The notes below the pieces were generated by a model, which was not told the origin of the DNA, made no database searches, and worked only from the letters and a program-made list of their open reading frames with translations. Of a stretch of DNA of 60,646 nucleotides, positions 38,207 to 48,706 are shown in pieces. Each line of letters begins with the position of its first letter. The stretch's first letter is position 1. The position numbers and the translations under genes are program-made. The stretch spans positions 1-60,646 of IMG/VR virus record IMGVR_UViG_3300042563_003046. The stretch is one strand, 5' to 3'. Origin of the DNA: a virus (taxonomy: Duplodnaviria > Caudoviricetes).

Positions 38207-41200
38207 TTATACCCATGTAGCAATTAGTGTTCTTTTCCAAGTATTTGTTGCAGTGCAAACATAAATGTATGAATCATCCCAACAAATGTCCCCAGCGTTA
38301 CCCGCTGCCGCTGCGCTGGCTGGTGTCTTGGCTGTGCGAATACGTAAAATGTTGGAGTTGATATCAACGGCTGCGGTTGGCGTTGTTGTACCTAACCCTA
38401 AGTTCCCTCCTCCGAGTAGAGTCATTACTGCTGATCCGCCATTACGCCACTGCGTAGCCATTTCTGTGGATGCTAAAGCTGCTCTGCCAGTTGTCCCATT
38501 GTGCTTATACGCATCTAGCACAATGACTGGCGTGGTAGGCGCAGTAACTCCAGAATGAGCGAAGATTGACACTGCTCCTGAGTTGTCCGCTACAGAAGAA
38601 AATCCTATGAGTGACAGCCCAGCGCCAGAACTACTACCTTGTGCAACTCTAGCAACTACTGACGTGGTCACGTTAGGAGTGAATCCTACACCTGTGAAGT
38701 TAGCAGTAGTAGACCCACCAATATCTAAACCAGCGTTGGTAGCTGTGTTATGAATATGCAGTCTATTGTTAGGAGCTACGATACCTACGCCTACACCAGC
38801 TATACGTGCCGATAGCAGTGAGGCATAAGCTGTTCCGTTGTAATACTGGTAATTCCAACCACTGAACTCTGTTGGTGTTGCGAGAGTGGTATAAGTGTTG
38901 TTAGAGTACTCAAATGCAGTAAACTGAACAAGTCCAGCATTGCCGAATGAGTTATCGTTCTGTCCTATCGTCTGATAAGTTTTAAGGTAACGGTTGGTCA
39001 TCCTTGTTTTAGTCACAAGACCTGCATTTTTACCTGTGCTATTATCGGTTGTGTTCCATATAACGGAAACAGGCGCGTCACTAGCAGCAGCAGTCCCGAA
39101 TAAGTTAAATTTCCCTTGGCTACCGTCACCACGGGTAGTTCCTCCTATAGTCATATACACCGCAGAACTTGAGAACCCTTGATAGAGTGCTTGATTGCCA
39201 CTGAGCGTCTGACTATCAAATGTTCCAGTATTGTTGCGTGTCACGTTCCCAGCACTTGATACGGTTAGGCTAGTATAGTTTGCGGCATCATAGCCGATTC
39301 GCATTTGTTCCGTCAGCGCGATTGTGTGAAGAGTCGCTGATGGAGTAGCTGTTCCGATCCCGACATTGCCACCATTAGGTTGTAGATTAACATAGCTCGT
39401 TGTCCGTGTGGCGCTTCCTGTGCCTTGCAAAGTCAGGTCATCGTTAGCTGCAATGCCGCCATTGATCTGCGCGATTGTCGGAGTTGTGATAGTTGGCGAT
39501 GTCGCAAAAACCAATGAGCCGCTGCCCGTTTCATCTGTGACCGCTGCGGCAAGGTTCGTGCTGCTTGGAGTGGCTAAAAAAGTTGCAACGCCCGTGCCGA
39601 GTCCCGTCATGTCCGATGGAGCAACTCGCCCTTCTTGGTCGTCCACAATAGCAATGGTGCCATTAACTCCAGCGACAGGCTGGAGAGTTTGGAGATCAAT
39701 TGACAATGTTGGTTGATCGCTGCCATAGATAACCGTCCAACCAGTCAGCAACCAAGGTCTGTCACTATCACTTGTATTTGTCGCCTCATATAAAATGGTG
39801 TCACCATCGTTAAGGATAAGCGTCCACACTCCCGCGTACCAAGAAAGCTCCTGATTGCTGGAAAACCAAACTCTCTTGCCGTTGATTAGTGAGCCGTCAT
39901 CAACCAATGGCTCAGTAAATGCTGGTGTCGTGCCTGTGACCGTGATGACCGATGTTAGAGGCAAAGCACCAATATCAGCAGGAGTAAGAGGATCACTTCC
40001 GCCGATTGCGTGAGTCGGAGCGTGAAGTGCCAGTGCCTGTGTCGTGCCGAATAGTAACTGATGATTGTTTGCGAAACCAGTTGTTCCAGTCCCGCCAGAA
40101 TCGACAAGTGTTACTGGGAATGTAAAGTATGCGTTCGCTGTTCCACCATTAACTAAAGACGGTGTCCCAGATACCAACCATATCTGGAAGTTTTGAGAAG
40201 CGTCACGATCTTGCAGGAACAGTTGCTGTCCTTCTTGAATGAAGCCTAAGAAAAACTCAATGTCGTCATTGTCTTGATCTTTGTGTGATACGTTAATGCT
40301 AGTTGCATTTATCTGAGTCGCATTGTTCCAAATAACATTAGCATCGGTTGGATCGCCAGTAGTTATCGTAGTTTTGGCTCGATAGTGCCAAGTAGTGACT
40401 GAAGAATTTCCGCTGTATCCACGTCTCCAAACGGCTGCGCCCTCTGTAGCGTCCGTGCAAATGTAGATTGCGCCATCAACGGTTTCCCAGCGAGTATTGG
40501 GAACAAAGCCTTGAGTTATGTCATCTGTCGCAGATGGGTTTATTTCGTCGATTGCAAGAATCCTTAAAATCTGCCCACTGTTGATCTGTCGTAAGATCAT
40601 ACGACCAGCAACCCACTGCCAGCGATAGCCAACCGAGCACTCAATTTCTAATCCTTGCGCTCCTGCTTCTCGAATTACTGAGGCGTTTGCGAAGATAATG
40701 TCTGCGCCAGATTCCATCGTGCCGCCAGCAAGCGGCAGCACGTCGAGTGCCGTTCTCATTGCACTAGCTGCCCCCGCCCCAAACGTGTAAGTGGTCGCGT
40801 TAAATGTCGCTGCCGTGCCGATTGTCGCTGAGTTGATTGCTGGCGATGTCAGCGTTTTGTTGGTGAGTGTTTGAGCAACTGCCGTTGTTACTACATCTTC
40901 GGAGATATTAGCAGTAGGGGCTACGTCAAAAGCTGCTGCCGTGCCAAGAGAATTTATGGTCGCATATCCGCTTAAATCTTGGTCGCCTGTGTTTGTTCCG
41001 CTCGATGTGCCGCTAAATGTTCCCGATTGAGTAGCTAGTGTGCCAAGTGCTAATGCCGTGCGATGCGCTGCCGCCGCGCCTGTGCCGTAGGTAAATGATG
41101 TCCCTGTGATGTTCAATCCAGTGGATTGCATCACCCCTACGTTTGAGACTGCAAATACTTCTCCCGCAGCACTGTTGCCACTAATTATCTTGCCACTATT

Positions 41201-41578
41201 ACTTGAGATATTTGCGCCGATACCACTATAACTTTGTATGTCCGCGCCAGTGGAGCTGACACTTGTTATGTAAGCACCTATCCCATCCACACTACTGATA
41301 CCTGAACCATATCCAGTAAGTGAGGCAAATTCTGAAGCGTTGCCGCTTTCACTTACACCCCTTACAGCAAGTCCTGTGACTGTCTGAGCCTCAAATGTTG
41401 CAACTAACAAATCAGCAGTCCCATCGCTGGTCGTCTCGCTAGTTACACTATTTGGGGCTATTGATATAGCAGCGTAGGCCAATGTAAGATCCCAATTATT
41501 CTCTTCAACAGTTAAGCCAAAGTTTTCTTCAGAAACTGTTAGAATATGTCTTGGTGTAGTTGAAGGTTCGAGTGGCAT
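38207..41578 (-). CDS. Tail fibre protein
   Basis: QTLTNKTLTSPAIN, TDETGSGSLVFATSPT, GNVGIGTATP repeats, C-terminal YIYVCTATNTWKR. Confidence 0.85.
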   Translation of the reverse strand: MPLEPSTTPRHILTVSEENFGLTVEENNWDLTLAYAAISIAPNSVTSETTSDGTADLLVATFEAQTVTGLAVRGVSESGNASEFASLTGYGSGISSVDGIGAYITSVSSTGADIQSYSGIGANISSNSGKIISGNSAAGEVFAVSNVGVMQSTGLNITGTSFTYGTGAAAAHRTALALGTLATQSGTFSGTSSGTNTGDQDLSGYATINSLGTAAAFDVAPTANISEDVVTTAVAQTLTNKTLTSPAINSATIGTAATFNATTYTFGAGAASAMRTALDVLPLAGGTMESGADIIFANASVIREAGAQGLEIECSVGYRWQWVAGRMILRQINSGQILRILAIDEINPSATDDITQGFVPNTRWETVDGAIYICTDATEGAAVWRRGYSGNSSVTTWHYRAKTTITTGDPTDANVIWNNATQINATSINVSHKDQDNDDIEFFLGFIQEGQQLFLQDRDASQNFQIWLVSGTPSLVNGGTANAYFTFPVTLVDSGGTGTTGFANNHQLLFGTTQALALHAPTHAIGGSDPLTPADIGALPLTSVITVTGTTPAFTEPLVDDGSLINGKRVWFSSNQELSWYAGVWTLILNDGDTILYEATNTSDSDRPWLLTGWTVIYGSDQPTLSIDLQTLQPVAGVNGTIAIVDDQEGRVAPSDMTGLGTGVATFLATPSSTNLAAAVTDETGSGSLVFATSPTITTPTIAQINGGIAANDDLTLQGTGSATRTTSYVNLQPNGGNVGIGTATPSATLHTIALTEQMRIGYDAANYTSLTVSSAGNVTRNNTGTFDSQTLSGNQALYQGFSSSAVYMTIGGTTRGDGSQGKFNLFGTAAASDAPVSVIWNTTDNSTGKNAGLVTKTRMTNRYLKTYQTIGQNDNSFGNAGLVQFTAFEYSNNTYTTLATPTEFSGWNYQYYNGTAYASLLSARIAGVGVGIVAPNNRLHIHNTATNAGLDIGGSTTANFTGVGFTPNVTTSVVARVAQGSSSGAGLSLIGFSSVADNSGAVSIFAHSGVTAPTTPVIVLDAYKHNGTTGRAALASTEMATQWRNGGSAVMTLLGGGNLGLGTTTPTAAVDINSNILRIRTAKTPASAAAAGNAGDICWDDSYIYVCTATNTWKRTLIATWV

Positions 41579-41925
41579 TAGATATTGGTGACGTTGTCTT
41601 CGACTTTAACAGTGCCCTTGATGAGCTTATCAGATAGACCGCTGCTGTCAGATAGCCAAAAAAGATCCCAATAGTAAGTGATATGGCCATCAAGTTTCAG
41701 CGTTTCCGATTTTGGTAGGATGCAGCTAACTATACCACTAGCACCAGAGATTACGGATTCACAAATAAAAGAAGCAACCAAGGGTTGCTTGGGCGCTCTT
41801 CGTATTTGTGCTGTAAAAGTATCCGCAGATACGTCTACTATAGTATTATCAGAATCACGAATTGTGATCTGGAAACCGAAATCTGCTGCTCGGCTGACTA
41901 GTAAATTATGTTGTGCTGCGGCCAT
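41578..41925 (-). CDS. Virion structural protein (tail-fibre-associated Ig-like)
   Basis: FTAQIRR...YYWDL...LIKGTVKVEDNVT pattern upstream of the fibre. Confidence 0.6.
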   Translation of the reverse strand: MAAAQHNLLVSRAADFGFQITIRDSDNTIVDVSADTFTAQIRRAPKQPLVASFICESVISGASGIVSCILPKSETLKLDGHITYYWDLFWLSDSSGLSDKLIKGTVKVEDNVTNI

Positions 41926-42259
41926 TGGATGTCATTGCTTTTTCTACGGCAACGACGAATCCTACAGGTGCTTTAGTATCTTGTCCAGACTCATTTTCAG
42001 AATCTTCAGACATAACGTAGTCATGCACACTATCAAGATGGTCGCAGGCGAGGATGATACTTTCTAGCGCTTCAGGTTCAATAAGCTCTTCAGACTTGCA
42101 TTCGCAAGCATCGAGGAGACCCTTTGCGTTTTGGATAATTAAGTTTAATTTTTGAGAAACTAACTCATGGGCTTCCTGTGAATTTTCAGAGGACTCGTCT
42201 TCATACGACTCATCCTCTCCCATACCACCCTGTTGTTTAGACATGTAATCTCCACCCAT
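41906..42259 (-). CDS. Hypothetical acidic protein
   Basis: ORF in the late operon. Confidence 0.55.
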   Translation of the reverse strand: MGGDYMSKQQGGMGEDESYEDESSENSQEAHELVSQKLNLIIQNAKGLLDACECKSEELIEPEALESIILACDHLDSVHDYVMSEDSENESGQDTKAPVGFVVAVEKAMTSNGRSTT

Positions 42260-42262
42260 AAT

Positions 42263-43117
42263 TTATAGATATTTGTATTTGCGATATAGCTGCAGGGCAA
42301 ACTGATTCGGCGTAGTCTTACCTAGCTCACCGCCCATTCCTCCGAGCATCTCTTCGATCTCGGATCGTTTTTGTATATCACGCTTAGACTTTGGATCAAA
42401 AGAAGTTCCATGCGTTGTTATAAAAAGTTGCTCTACAAGGTCTGGATCGGGCGCTTGGTCAGCCTGCTCACTACCCTTATTTGACATAGCTGGATCTTCC
42501 ATTTGTAAAGAACCATCACTATCAAATTCCTTTTCATTTGGAATTTGAACAGGCGTTAGCGCCTCCTCTATAGGTTGCACGGCAGAAGCAATGCGTTTAT
42601 CGGCAGCCTCTGTAAATGATTGTTTTTCTTTTTCAGCCTCCAGCGCTTGGCGTTCAGCTTCCTTTTGGCGCTTTGCAAGTTTTGCTTGCTCATACCTATT
42701 CGCAATCTCTTCATCCGAGGGTGCAGCTGCTGCAGATTTATTGGCCTCGCGTGTTGCCGTGACTGTATCACCAATAAGTCTAGCTATGCCATATCCTGTA
42801 TTGACAGGATCGAGTAAGCCCGTAGTAAAGCGATCAACAGCACTGCTATTCTCAGCCATTTCTAGAACCTTATCGGCCTCTTCCTGACGAGCATCTTCAC
42901 TAAGTGCAAGGCGTCCTACGTCAAAGGCAGTTTTGGCTACTACTGCAGCCTTGCCTAATCCTTTTCCTAATACTTTACCTGCGGCCTTTTTAGTGACATT
43001 GCGCATAGGCCTTTGTGCAGCACGAAGAGTTGATAAACCAGTATTGGGTAGTCCAACAGGATACTTCGCAGCAGTGCTAATAATACTCGATTGTGGGATA
43101 CTAAGTGGAAGAGCCAT
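42263..43117 (-). CDS. Hypothetical protein, paralog of 49183..49761
   Basis: Shared ~70-aa segment ending A.KSA..APSD.E...RY..AK. Confidence 0.65.
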   Translation of the reverse strand: MALPLSIPQSSIISTAAKYPVGLPNTGLSTLRAAQRPMRNVTKKAAGKVLGKGLGKAAVVAKTAFDVGRLALSEDARQEEADKVLEMAENSSAVDRFTTGLLDPVNTGYGIARLIGDTVTATREANKSAAAAPSDEEIANRYEQAKLAKRQKEAERQALEAEKEKQSFTEAADKRIASAVQPIEEALTPVQIPNEKEFDSDGSLQMEDPAMSNKGSEQADQAPDPDLVEQLFITTHGTSFDPKSKRDIQKRSEIEEMLGGMGGELGKTTPNQFALQLYRKYKYL

Positions 43118-43199
43118 AATTATAAGATGTTGTGTAAAAAGAAACCCTGATCCCTATTAATCCCGCAGGATTAAGGAAGGGGATTCAGGGATAAAAAGA

Positions 43200-43236
43200 A
43201 GCTAGTGGGCACTACCATTAGCAGCGCCCACTAGCT
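43200..43236. terminator. Hairpin downstream of capsid gene
   Basis: agctagtgggc...gcccactagct, followed on the minus strand by TCTTTTT. Confidence 0.7.
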
Positions 43237-43243
43237 AGATTAA

Positions 43244-44581
43244 TTATGCAGCAGGATCGGCATCGTCACGCTTGAACAAGACCACGTAACCGAATTCGGT
43301 TTTGATTGGCTTGGTAGCGCTTGCGAGAACACCACGGAAGAAACCAACAGTTCCATCTGGGTTGACGATCTCGTTGAGGATGTTCGTCCACTTGAATTGA
43401 CCACGATACTGAACAGGATTGAAGGTCAGACCATTCGAACCGCTCAGTGGGTTTGGAATCAAGGACTCGCAAACGTCTGGGTGCATCACGTAGAGTGCTT
43501 CATAAGAAGCGCTATCGTATGCAGGATTCGGGGTTGCAACACCAGAGGACACGGTCTCAGGATTCACTTTTACGAGGACACCAGCAGTAACCGTGAAACG
43601 GGGTGCGAGGTCATCGATCAAGTGATAGAAGCTGCGGAAGGACTTCTCAACTCCAAGAGGAGCAATCAGCTCGGATACACGTGCGTTGTTATAACGAACG
43701 TCATCGCGGAACTCAGCTTCAGTTTGGAGGCGATAAGATGCTTCCGAGGACATGACCACCGCAAATACTGGGCGGCCATTTTCGCGACCATAAGCGTTAG
43801 CCCCAGCACCTGCCCGAACCAAACGATAATAGATCTTATCCATGATCGCGTTGCTGATGTTAGCAGTAGGAGTAACGTCAGTTGCACCAGCACCAGAGGT
43901 AGTAACTTTCATACCAGCAAGGTCGTTGCCTTCGAACAAGTCATCAGCGGCGCCATCGGCATCTGCATCAACCGTAGTAAGGAACGGAGTAGAAGCGGAC
44001 AAGCAAGGAATAAAGTTAGCAGCAACCGTCTCATACTCATCACGATAACGATTTTCCCATGAACGACGAGTTACTTGGGTCATGATGTCCATGATAGCAC
44101 GAAGCTGATCTTGGCGATGAGCAGCGAAACGAAGGTCTTCCAAAGAGATACGTGGTGATTCGATCACAGCACGTTGCAAGGAATACTTTTTGAGCTGCTT
44201 ACCAAACTGAACGAATGAACGGTTATCAGTGCTGCCACCAGTTCCACGACTACCCTGAACATTGTCAGCAGCATCATCGAGGGCTTGACCACCAACAATC
44301 GAAGTGTTGAATTGGTTGCCACCAGTAGAGAGCGAAGCCAGCGAAGTCCAATTCACACCAGCGGTGTTACCGTTGGTAGCAGTCGTAGCAATAGCACGGT
44401 CATAAACCAGCGTTGAAAGTTGATAACCCATTCCATCAGGAAAGGCCGATTGCTTGGTCAGGTCGAGCCAAGGAGAAGTGTGGAGCGTGTGCTGATAGAT
44501 ATCAGAACCGATGCGATTGGCTTCTTCAGCCAAGATAGTATTGATGGCAGAAATGCCAGTGCCGAGATCGAAAGTAGACAT
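43244..44581 (-). CDS. Major capsid protein
   Basis: 445 aa, after portal and scaffold, own promoter and terminator; FPDGMG, ICLEDL-like ISLEDL, and GFFRG motifs. Confidence 0.8.
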   Translation of the reverse strand: MSTFDLGTGISAINTILAEEANRIGSDIYQHTLHTSPWLDLTKQSAFPDGMGYQLSTLVYDRAIATTATNGNTAGVNWTSLASLSTGGNQFNTSIVGGQALDDAADNVQGSRGTGGSTDNRSFVQFGKQLKKYSLQRAVIESPRISLEDLRFAAHRQDQLRAIMDIMTQVTRRSWENRYRDEYETVAANFIPCLSASTPFLTTVDADADGAADDLFEGNDLAGMKVTTSGAGATDVTPTANISNAIMDKIYYRLVRAGAGANAYGRENGRPVFAVVMSSEASYRLQTEAEFRDDVRYNNARVSELIAPLGVEKSFRSFYHLIDDLAPRFTVTAGVLVKVNPETVSSGVATPNPAYDSASYEALYVMHPDVCESLIPNPLSGSNGLTFNPVQYRGQFKWTNILNEIVNPDGTVGFFRGVLASATKPIKTEFGYVVLFKRDDADPAA

Positions 44582-44702
44582 AGTAGTAAAAAGTTAAGGT
44601 TGTAAACTGGTGTTCCCGTTCAGGAACGAATGGTTAAAAATGATTGGTTATTGTTTCGAGGTTCCCGTTAGGGAATCTAACACAGATATTGCGAACATGT
44701 TG

Positions 44703-44802
44703 TAGAACTAATTAATGGCTAGAGCAACCGACAGGTTCAAGTGGGGCGAAGCCCAATAATTTTTTGTCACCAGTTTAGAACTACTTAATGGCTAGAGCAA
44801 CC
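44703..44802 (-). repeat. 27-bp direct repeat pair in the capsid gene leader
   Basis: tagaacta(a/c)ttaatggctagagcaacc at 44703-44729 and 44776-44802. Confidence 0.9.
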
Positions 44803-44817
44803 ACCGCTGACAGGAGA

Positions 44818-44845
44818 AAATTAACATAATTTGCAGAATTGTCAA
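44818..44845 (-). promoter_or_regulatory. Sigma70-like promoter for capsid gene
   Basis: TTGACA-N16-TAATTT with extended TG. Confidence 0.6.
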
Positions 44846-44851
44846 TAGACA

Positions 44852-44886
44852 AAAATAGGGCTGGTAGCGATCAACTACCAACCCCA
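44852..44886 (-). terminator. Terminator after scaffold gene
   Basis: Minus GGGGTTGGTAG...CTACCAGCCC TATTTTT. Confidence 0.6.
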
Positions 44887-44910
44887 TATGAAATGTATTC
44901 TTAAGAAATG

Positions 44911-46050
44911 TTATACGTTCGCAAAAGCCGAATTGACTCGGTCGATAAATGATCCAGCAGCTTGTGCTCCCTTAGAATTATTCGAACTACCAGAGACCTT
45001 TGGCTCAGCCTGCTCGTAATCTGCCAATCGGTCAGTGATCAAGTCTAGCTCTTTTTTGAGCGAGACATATTCACGAACGATGCTAGGAAACAAGCGAGCT
45101 GAAACTGCATTGTAGACATGGTCAACTGCATGAAGTGTAGTTGGGTCTAGTGATGCCGAATCCTGCTCGATCTTATTCATATCAAGCCCTTCAATCTTTG
45201 CGAGGAAGGGTAGCTTCTGTTGGATGCGCTCGACAACATTATGAGTAACAGTAGAACGCATACGCGCCCGTTCTGCCATCTCAGCTCGGCCGTTTTGTTC
45301 CTCTACAAGTTTGGCCTCAGCAAGAGCTTGCTGCGTGTTCTGCATCATCTGCTCGCGGCGTTGAACCAATGGGTCAATCCGCTCTAAGATGCTGTAGATT
45401 TTTGCCTTATCACGATCACTTGCTCGTGGCATTAATTCAGCTAGGCGTTCCTCTTGGAGGTTGGGATCTGTCATGCTGAGCACATCGATGAGCGCCGAAG
45501 AGTCAACATCATACTTCTCAGCTACTTGTGCAGCCTGATTCAAGAGATCGCGAATTGGTTCGGCAACGGCTTTCTGATAGGCCATCGTTTGTTCAAGATC
45601 ACTGAACATTTGGCGCTTTTCGTATTCCTCAACTCTTTGTTGGAGTTGCTCGTAATCTTTATTCTCAGTGAGCCCCTTAAGTTCTTGTATCTGAGTTTCA
45701 TACTGGGTCTTTTCTTGTTGCAGTTCTTGCAGCTGGGACTTGTAATCTTTGAGCTCTTGTTTGAGATTCTTAAATCGTTTGGCCGCTTCAGGTGTCCAAT
45801 CGTTTCCAACATCATCATTCAGTTGTTCGATAGGGTCATCGGTCGTGGTTTCGTTCTCGATAGCCTCTGGTTTTGTAGGAGGTTGCTCCTTTGCAAGTGG
45901 CTGCTCAGACTCTTCTTCTGGCATATCGAGTTGTGCAAACGCCCTCTCCAAAGATGCTTCAAAAGAAAGCTCTTCAGGTTGGCTGTCTGGTAATGCGGCT
46001 ACTGGGTCTTGCGACTCAGCACTATCGTTTATTGATGAATATGCATCCAT
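44911..46050 (-). CDS. Putative capsid scaffolding protein
   Basis: Acidic N-terminus, long coiled coil, position between portal and capsid. Confidence 0.7.
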   Translation of the reverse strand: MDAYSSINDSAESQDPVAALPDSQPEELSFEASLERAFAQLDMPEEESEQPLAKEQPPTKPEAIENETTTDDPIEQLNDDVGNDWTPEAAKRFKNLKQELKDYKSQLQELQQEKTQYETQIQELKGLTENKDYEQLQQRVEEYEKRQMFSDLEQTMAYQKAVAEPIRDLLNQAAQVAEKYDVDSSALIDVLSMTDPNLQEERLAELMPRASDRDKAKIYSILERIDPLVQRREQMMQNTQQALAEAKLVEEQNGRAEMAERARMRSTVTHNVVERIQQKLPFLAKIEGLDMNKIEQDSASLDPTTLHAVDHVYNAVSARLFPSIVREYVSLKKELDLITDRLADYEQAEPKVSGSSNNSKGAQAAGSFIDRVNSAFANV

Positions 46051-46337
46051 TCCTGTGGTATTTGTGTTTGTTTAACGGGGATTTTCGTTAGTTTTTGTAA
46101 GTCCCTGAAAGCATCATGGTAACCTGCTAGCCAATGTAGGCGCATTGCAGTTTGCATTGGGTCAGTAAACACCCCACCGCTTGATGGAGATGCCGCTTCT
46201 TTAAGCGTAGCTACTGCAGTTTGGAATATTGGATCGTCCATTAGCGAACGATAATGATCAATAGTCGCAAGGTCGGAAAACCACTGTGTAAGTGATTTTG
46301 GTAGAGGGACTTTTGGTTGCATAAATGGTAATTTCAT
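46029..46337 (-). CDS. Small portal-adjacent hypothetical protein
   Basis: ~100-aa ORF in podovirus portal-scaffold synteny. Confidence 0.6.
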   Translation of the reverse strand: MKLPFMQPKVPLPKSLTQWFSDLATIDHYRSLMDDPIFQTAVATLKEAASPSSGGVFTDPMQTAMRLHWLAGYHDAFRDLQKLTKIPVKQTQIPQEWMHIHQ

Positions 46338-46364
46338 GTGGACTTTGTTTTTAGTATTCTTAGA

Positions 46365-48647
46365 TTATACTTCGAAATCTCGAAAGCGCAATGCATTTTG
46401 TGCATCTTTCATCGCTTGTTCCTGATCAAACTTGCGTTGTCTAAGTGACATATCGAGATCGGCTTTCTGTTGCACAATTTGCATCTCAACCTGAGCCCGT
46501 TGCATCTTAAGATCAAGGTCAGTCATTGTAGGTTGTTGTGGCATCGGTTGTCCCGCTTGTGGATTCATTGGATCACCCTCGGGGGTCATTTGATCTTGCT
46601 GTGCTTGTGCCTGTTGTTGCTGGTCACGCTGAATCTTTTCAAGAGCTTTCATCGTGTTGTTAATAGCCTCTTCAAGGTATTGGAGAATCTGGTTAGCCGA
46701 GCTTACCATAGATCCTAATGCTGGGTCGCCACCTGCATATTGCACAGTCTCTGACGTATGTTGATAAACTGCTTGTAGAGCTGGGAGCGCTTGTTGCGGA
46801 TCAGACTGACCAGCGTTGATAGCTTCCAACAATTGTTGTGCAAGCTGCATGTGGACAGGTAAATGTTGACCATGAAGCTCGCTCGATATAACTGGAATAT
46901 TCTGTCCGACTTGCAGCTGGATATTCTCGAAGATTGCAATCTTCGTATCTGTTGCAGTGCGCTCGCCTTCCTGATTCGGAACATACCGATCAGCTAAATC
47001 GTAGCCCACCCTCGTGGATACTAGGTCGCGTGTAAGATTGCGGCGACCTATATCATCAAACTGTGAACTCATTGCTTGGAGCTCACGGAGGGCAACCAAT
47101 CGGTTGGCCATAGAGCCATTACCGATTGATTTGATGGCACGAGTGCGTGTGACATCCAAGCTCTTAATGAAGCTGGCATCAACATTCCTCTTGGCACAAC
47201 GGGCATAAAACTCCTTTACAAAGGAATCTTGCTTCTTGCTGGTGACTACTCGACGCACGATCTCGCGCATCAAGCGATTCCAGCTAGCATAGAACAGATT
47301 GATGGAAGCACCCGATAGACGTGTTGAAACATCCATATCGGATACTACCTGCATCTGATTACGGTAGGGGGAGGATTGCATCGCGCCATAAGGACTGACA
47401 GTGTCAGTATTTAATGCGAGCTGCTGAGACAAGTCTTGTAGTGCAGGCACTACTGAAGTTGAAAGATTGGGGATTGCCTTCTCGACAATCTTAACGTTAG
47501 GCGACATCACAGAGTAACCACCGTAGAAGGTGAACTGCAATTCGTCTAAGGCACGTTGGTTCTCGGGTTGTAACATCACCGAAGACGCGAGCATAGCACC
47601 ATCGATCTGCTGACAGCGAAGACGGTTGCTCGTCTGCACATGTGAGAAGATTCGCTGACCTAAGCCACGAACCGAGTGATACGTTCCGTTAGAACCAACA
47701 CCGTTAGTAAAGAAAATGAAAGCCTGTTCAGGAGTCTCGTAGCGCGAAACCTTTTGATACAAAAAGTCTGAGGCATCTTTTTCTGGGGCAATACAATGAG
47801 TAACTGTCCCATCGATTTCCTTTACCCAAAAATGGAGTAGGGAAACCTCTGGGTTTTGAATACCTACGTATAGGTCATTATTCTTAGCTTCCGCTTGCAG
47901 AGCCTCGTAGTCTGTCATGGTTGTGCCACTCATGTTATTGCGACCTTGAGTCGTAACATTTTTGAGCATAGCTTTTTTAACAGCAGGAACATTCCAGCCA
48001 ACAGTAGTAGCCGCTTTCTCATTTTGAATAAACTGAAATAGTTCATCAAGAGAATAATTGCGGCGGCCGATAGCAATGGTAATGGCCTGCTCAGTTGCTG
48101 GTGTTTGTCGCGGGATCAAGAAGTCACTGAAGCCGCCTACTTTGAAACGCCAGTCATCGGGTGAATCAAAATAAACAATACCTACCCCATGCTTGATGAA
48201 GGTAGTGCAAAGACGTAAATAGCTGCTGTGGTATTCAGGCCAGCTACGAATGAGATGCGTAAGTTCTTCTGCAACGATACCTTCCATTTCATCGGCTGCT
48301 CCTCGCTCACCTTCGGTGCTAAACACTTCGACAAGTTTCTCGAGCGAACTATCCAAGTCTACGTAAGCGGACAAAGCAACATCGAGAAGACGCTGGGCAT
48401 CATTAAAATTTAAGTTGGTCTTAAGACCTTGTCCCGAGGCTGTTAGCTCTGCCTGATTGTATGGAGCTGCACCATCGAACATTTGATCCACTCGCATACG
48501 CTGAATGGAGCTACCCTCATCAGCTCTTAACAAGGTTTGGAATATCGAGATAGCACTCTTGACATCACGAAGGCGAGATTCAACTCGCTTTCCTTTTTCA
48601 TCGAAGGGAGATAACTCTAGGCCATCTAGTTCATGGAGATTGGACAT
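46365..48647 (-). CDS. Portal protein
   Basis: 760 aa, HGVGIVYF segment, Gln-rich C-terminal barrel; first gene of the head module. Confidence 0.78.
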   Translation of the reverse strand: MSNLHELDGLELSPFDEKGKRVESRLRDVKSAISIFQTLLRADEGSSIQRMRVDQMFDGAAPYNQAELTASGQGLKTNLNFNDAQRLLDVALSAYVDLDSSLEKLVEVFSTEGERGAADEMEGIVAEELTHLIRSWPEYHSSYLRLCTTFIKHGVGIVYFDSPDDWRFKVGGFSDFLIPRQTPATEQAITIAIGRRNYSLDELFQFIQNEKAATTVGWNVPAVKKAMLKNVTTQGRNNMSGTTMTDYEALQAEAKNNDLYVGIQNPEVSLLHFWVKEIDGTVTHCIAPEKDASDFLYQKVSRYETPEQAFIFFTNGVGSNGTYHSVRGLGQRIFSHVQTSNRLRCQQIDGAMLASSVMLQPENQRALDELQFTFYGGYSVMSPNVKIVEKAIPNLSTSVVPALQDLSQQLALNTDTVSPYGAMQSSPYRNQMQVVSDMDVSTRLSGASINLFYASWNRLMREIVRRVVTSKKQDSFVKEFYARCAKRNVDASFIKSLDVTRTRAIKSIGNGSMANRLVALRELQAMSSQFDDIGRRNLTRDLVSTRVGYDLADRYVPNQEGERTATDTKIAIFENIQLQVGQNIPVISSELHGQHLPVHMQLAQQLLEAINAGQSDPQQALPALQAVYQHTSETVQYAGGDPALGSMVSSANQILQYLEEAINNTMKALEKIQRDQQQQAQAQQDQMTPEGDPMNPQAGQPMPQQPTMTDLDLKMQRAQVEMQIVQQKADLDMSLRQRKFDQEQAMKDAQNALRFRDFEV

Positions 48648-48655
48648 TTGTGCGG

Positions 48656-48683
48656 ATTATATCGATTATTATGTTGGTGTCAA
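48656..48683 (-). promoter_or_regulatory. Consensus sigma70 promoter for portal
   Basis: TTGACA-N16-TATAAT, 8 nt before ATG 48647. Confidence 0.8.
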
Positions 48684-48706
48684 GTATTTACCTTGGAATT
48701 GTGAAA

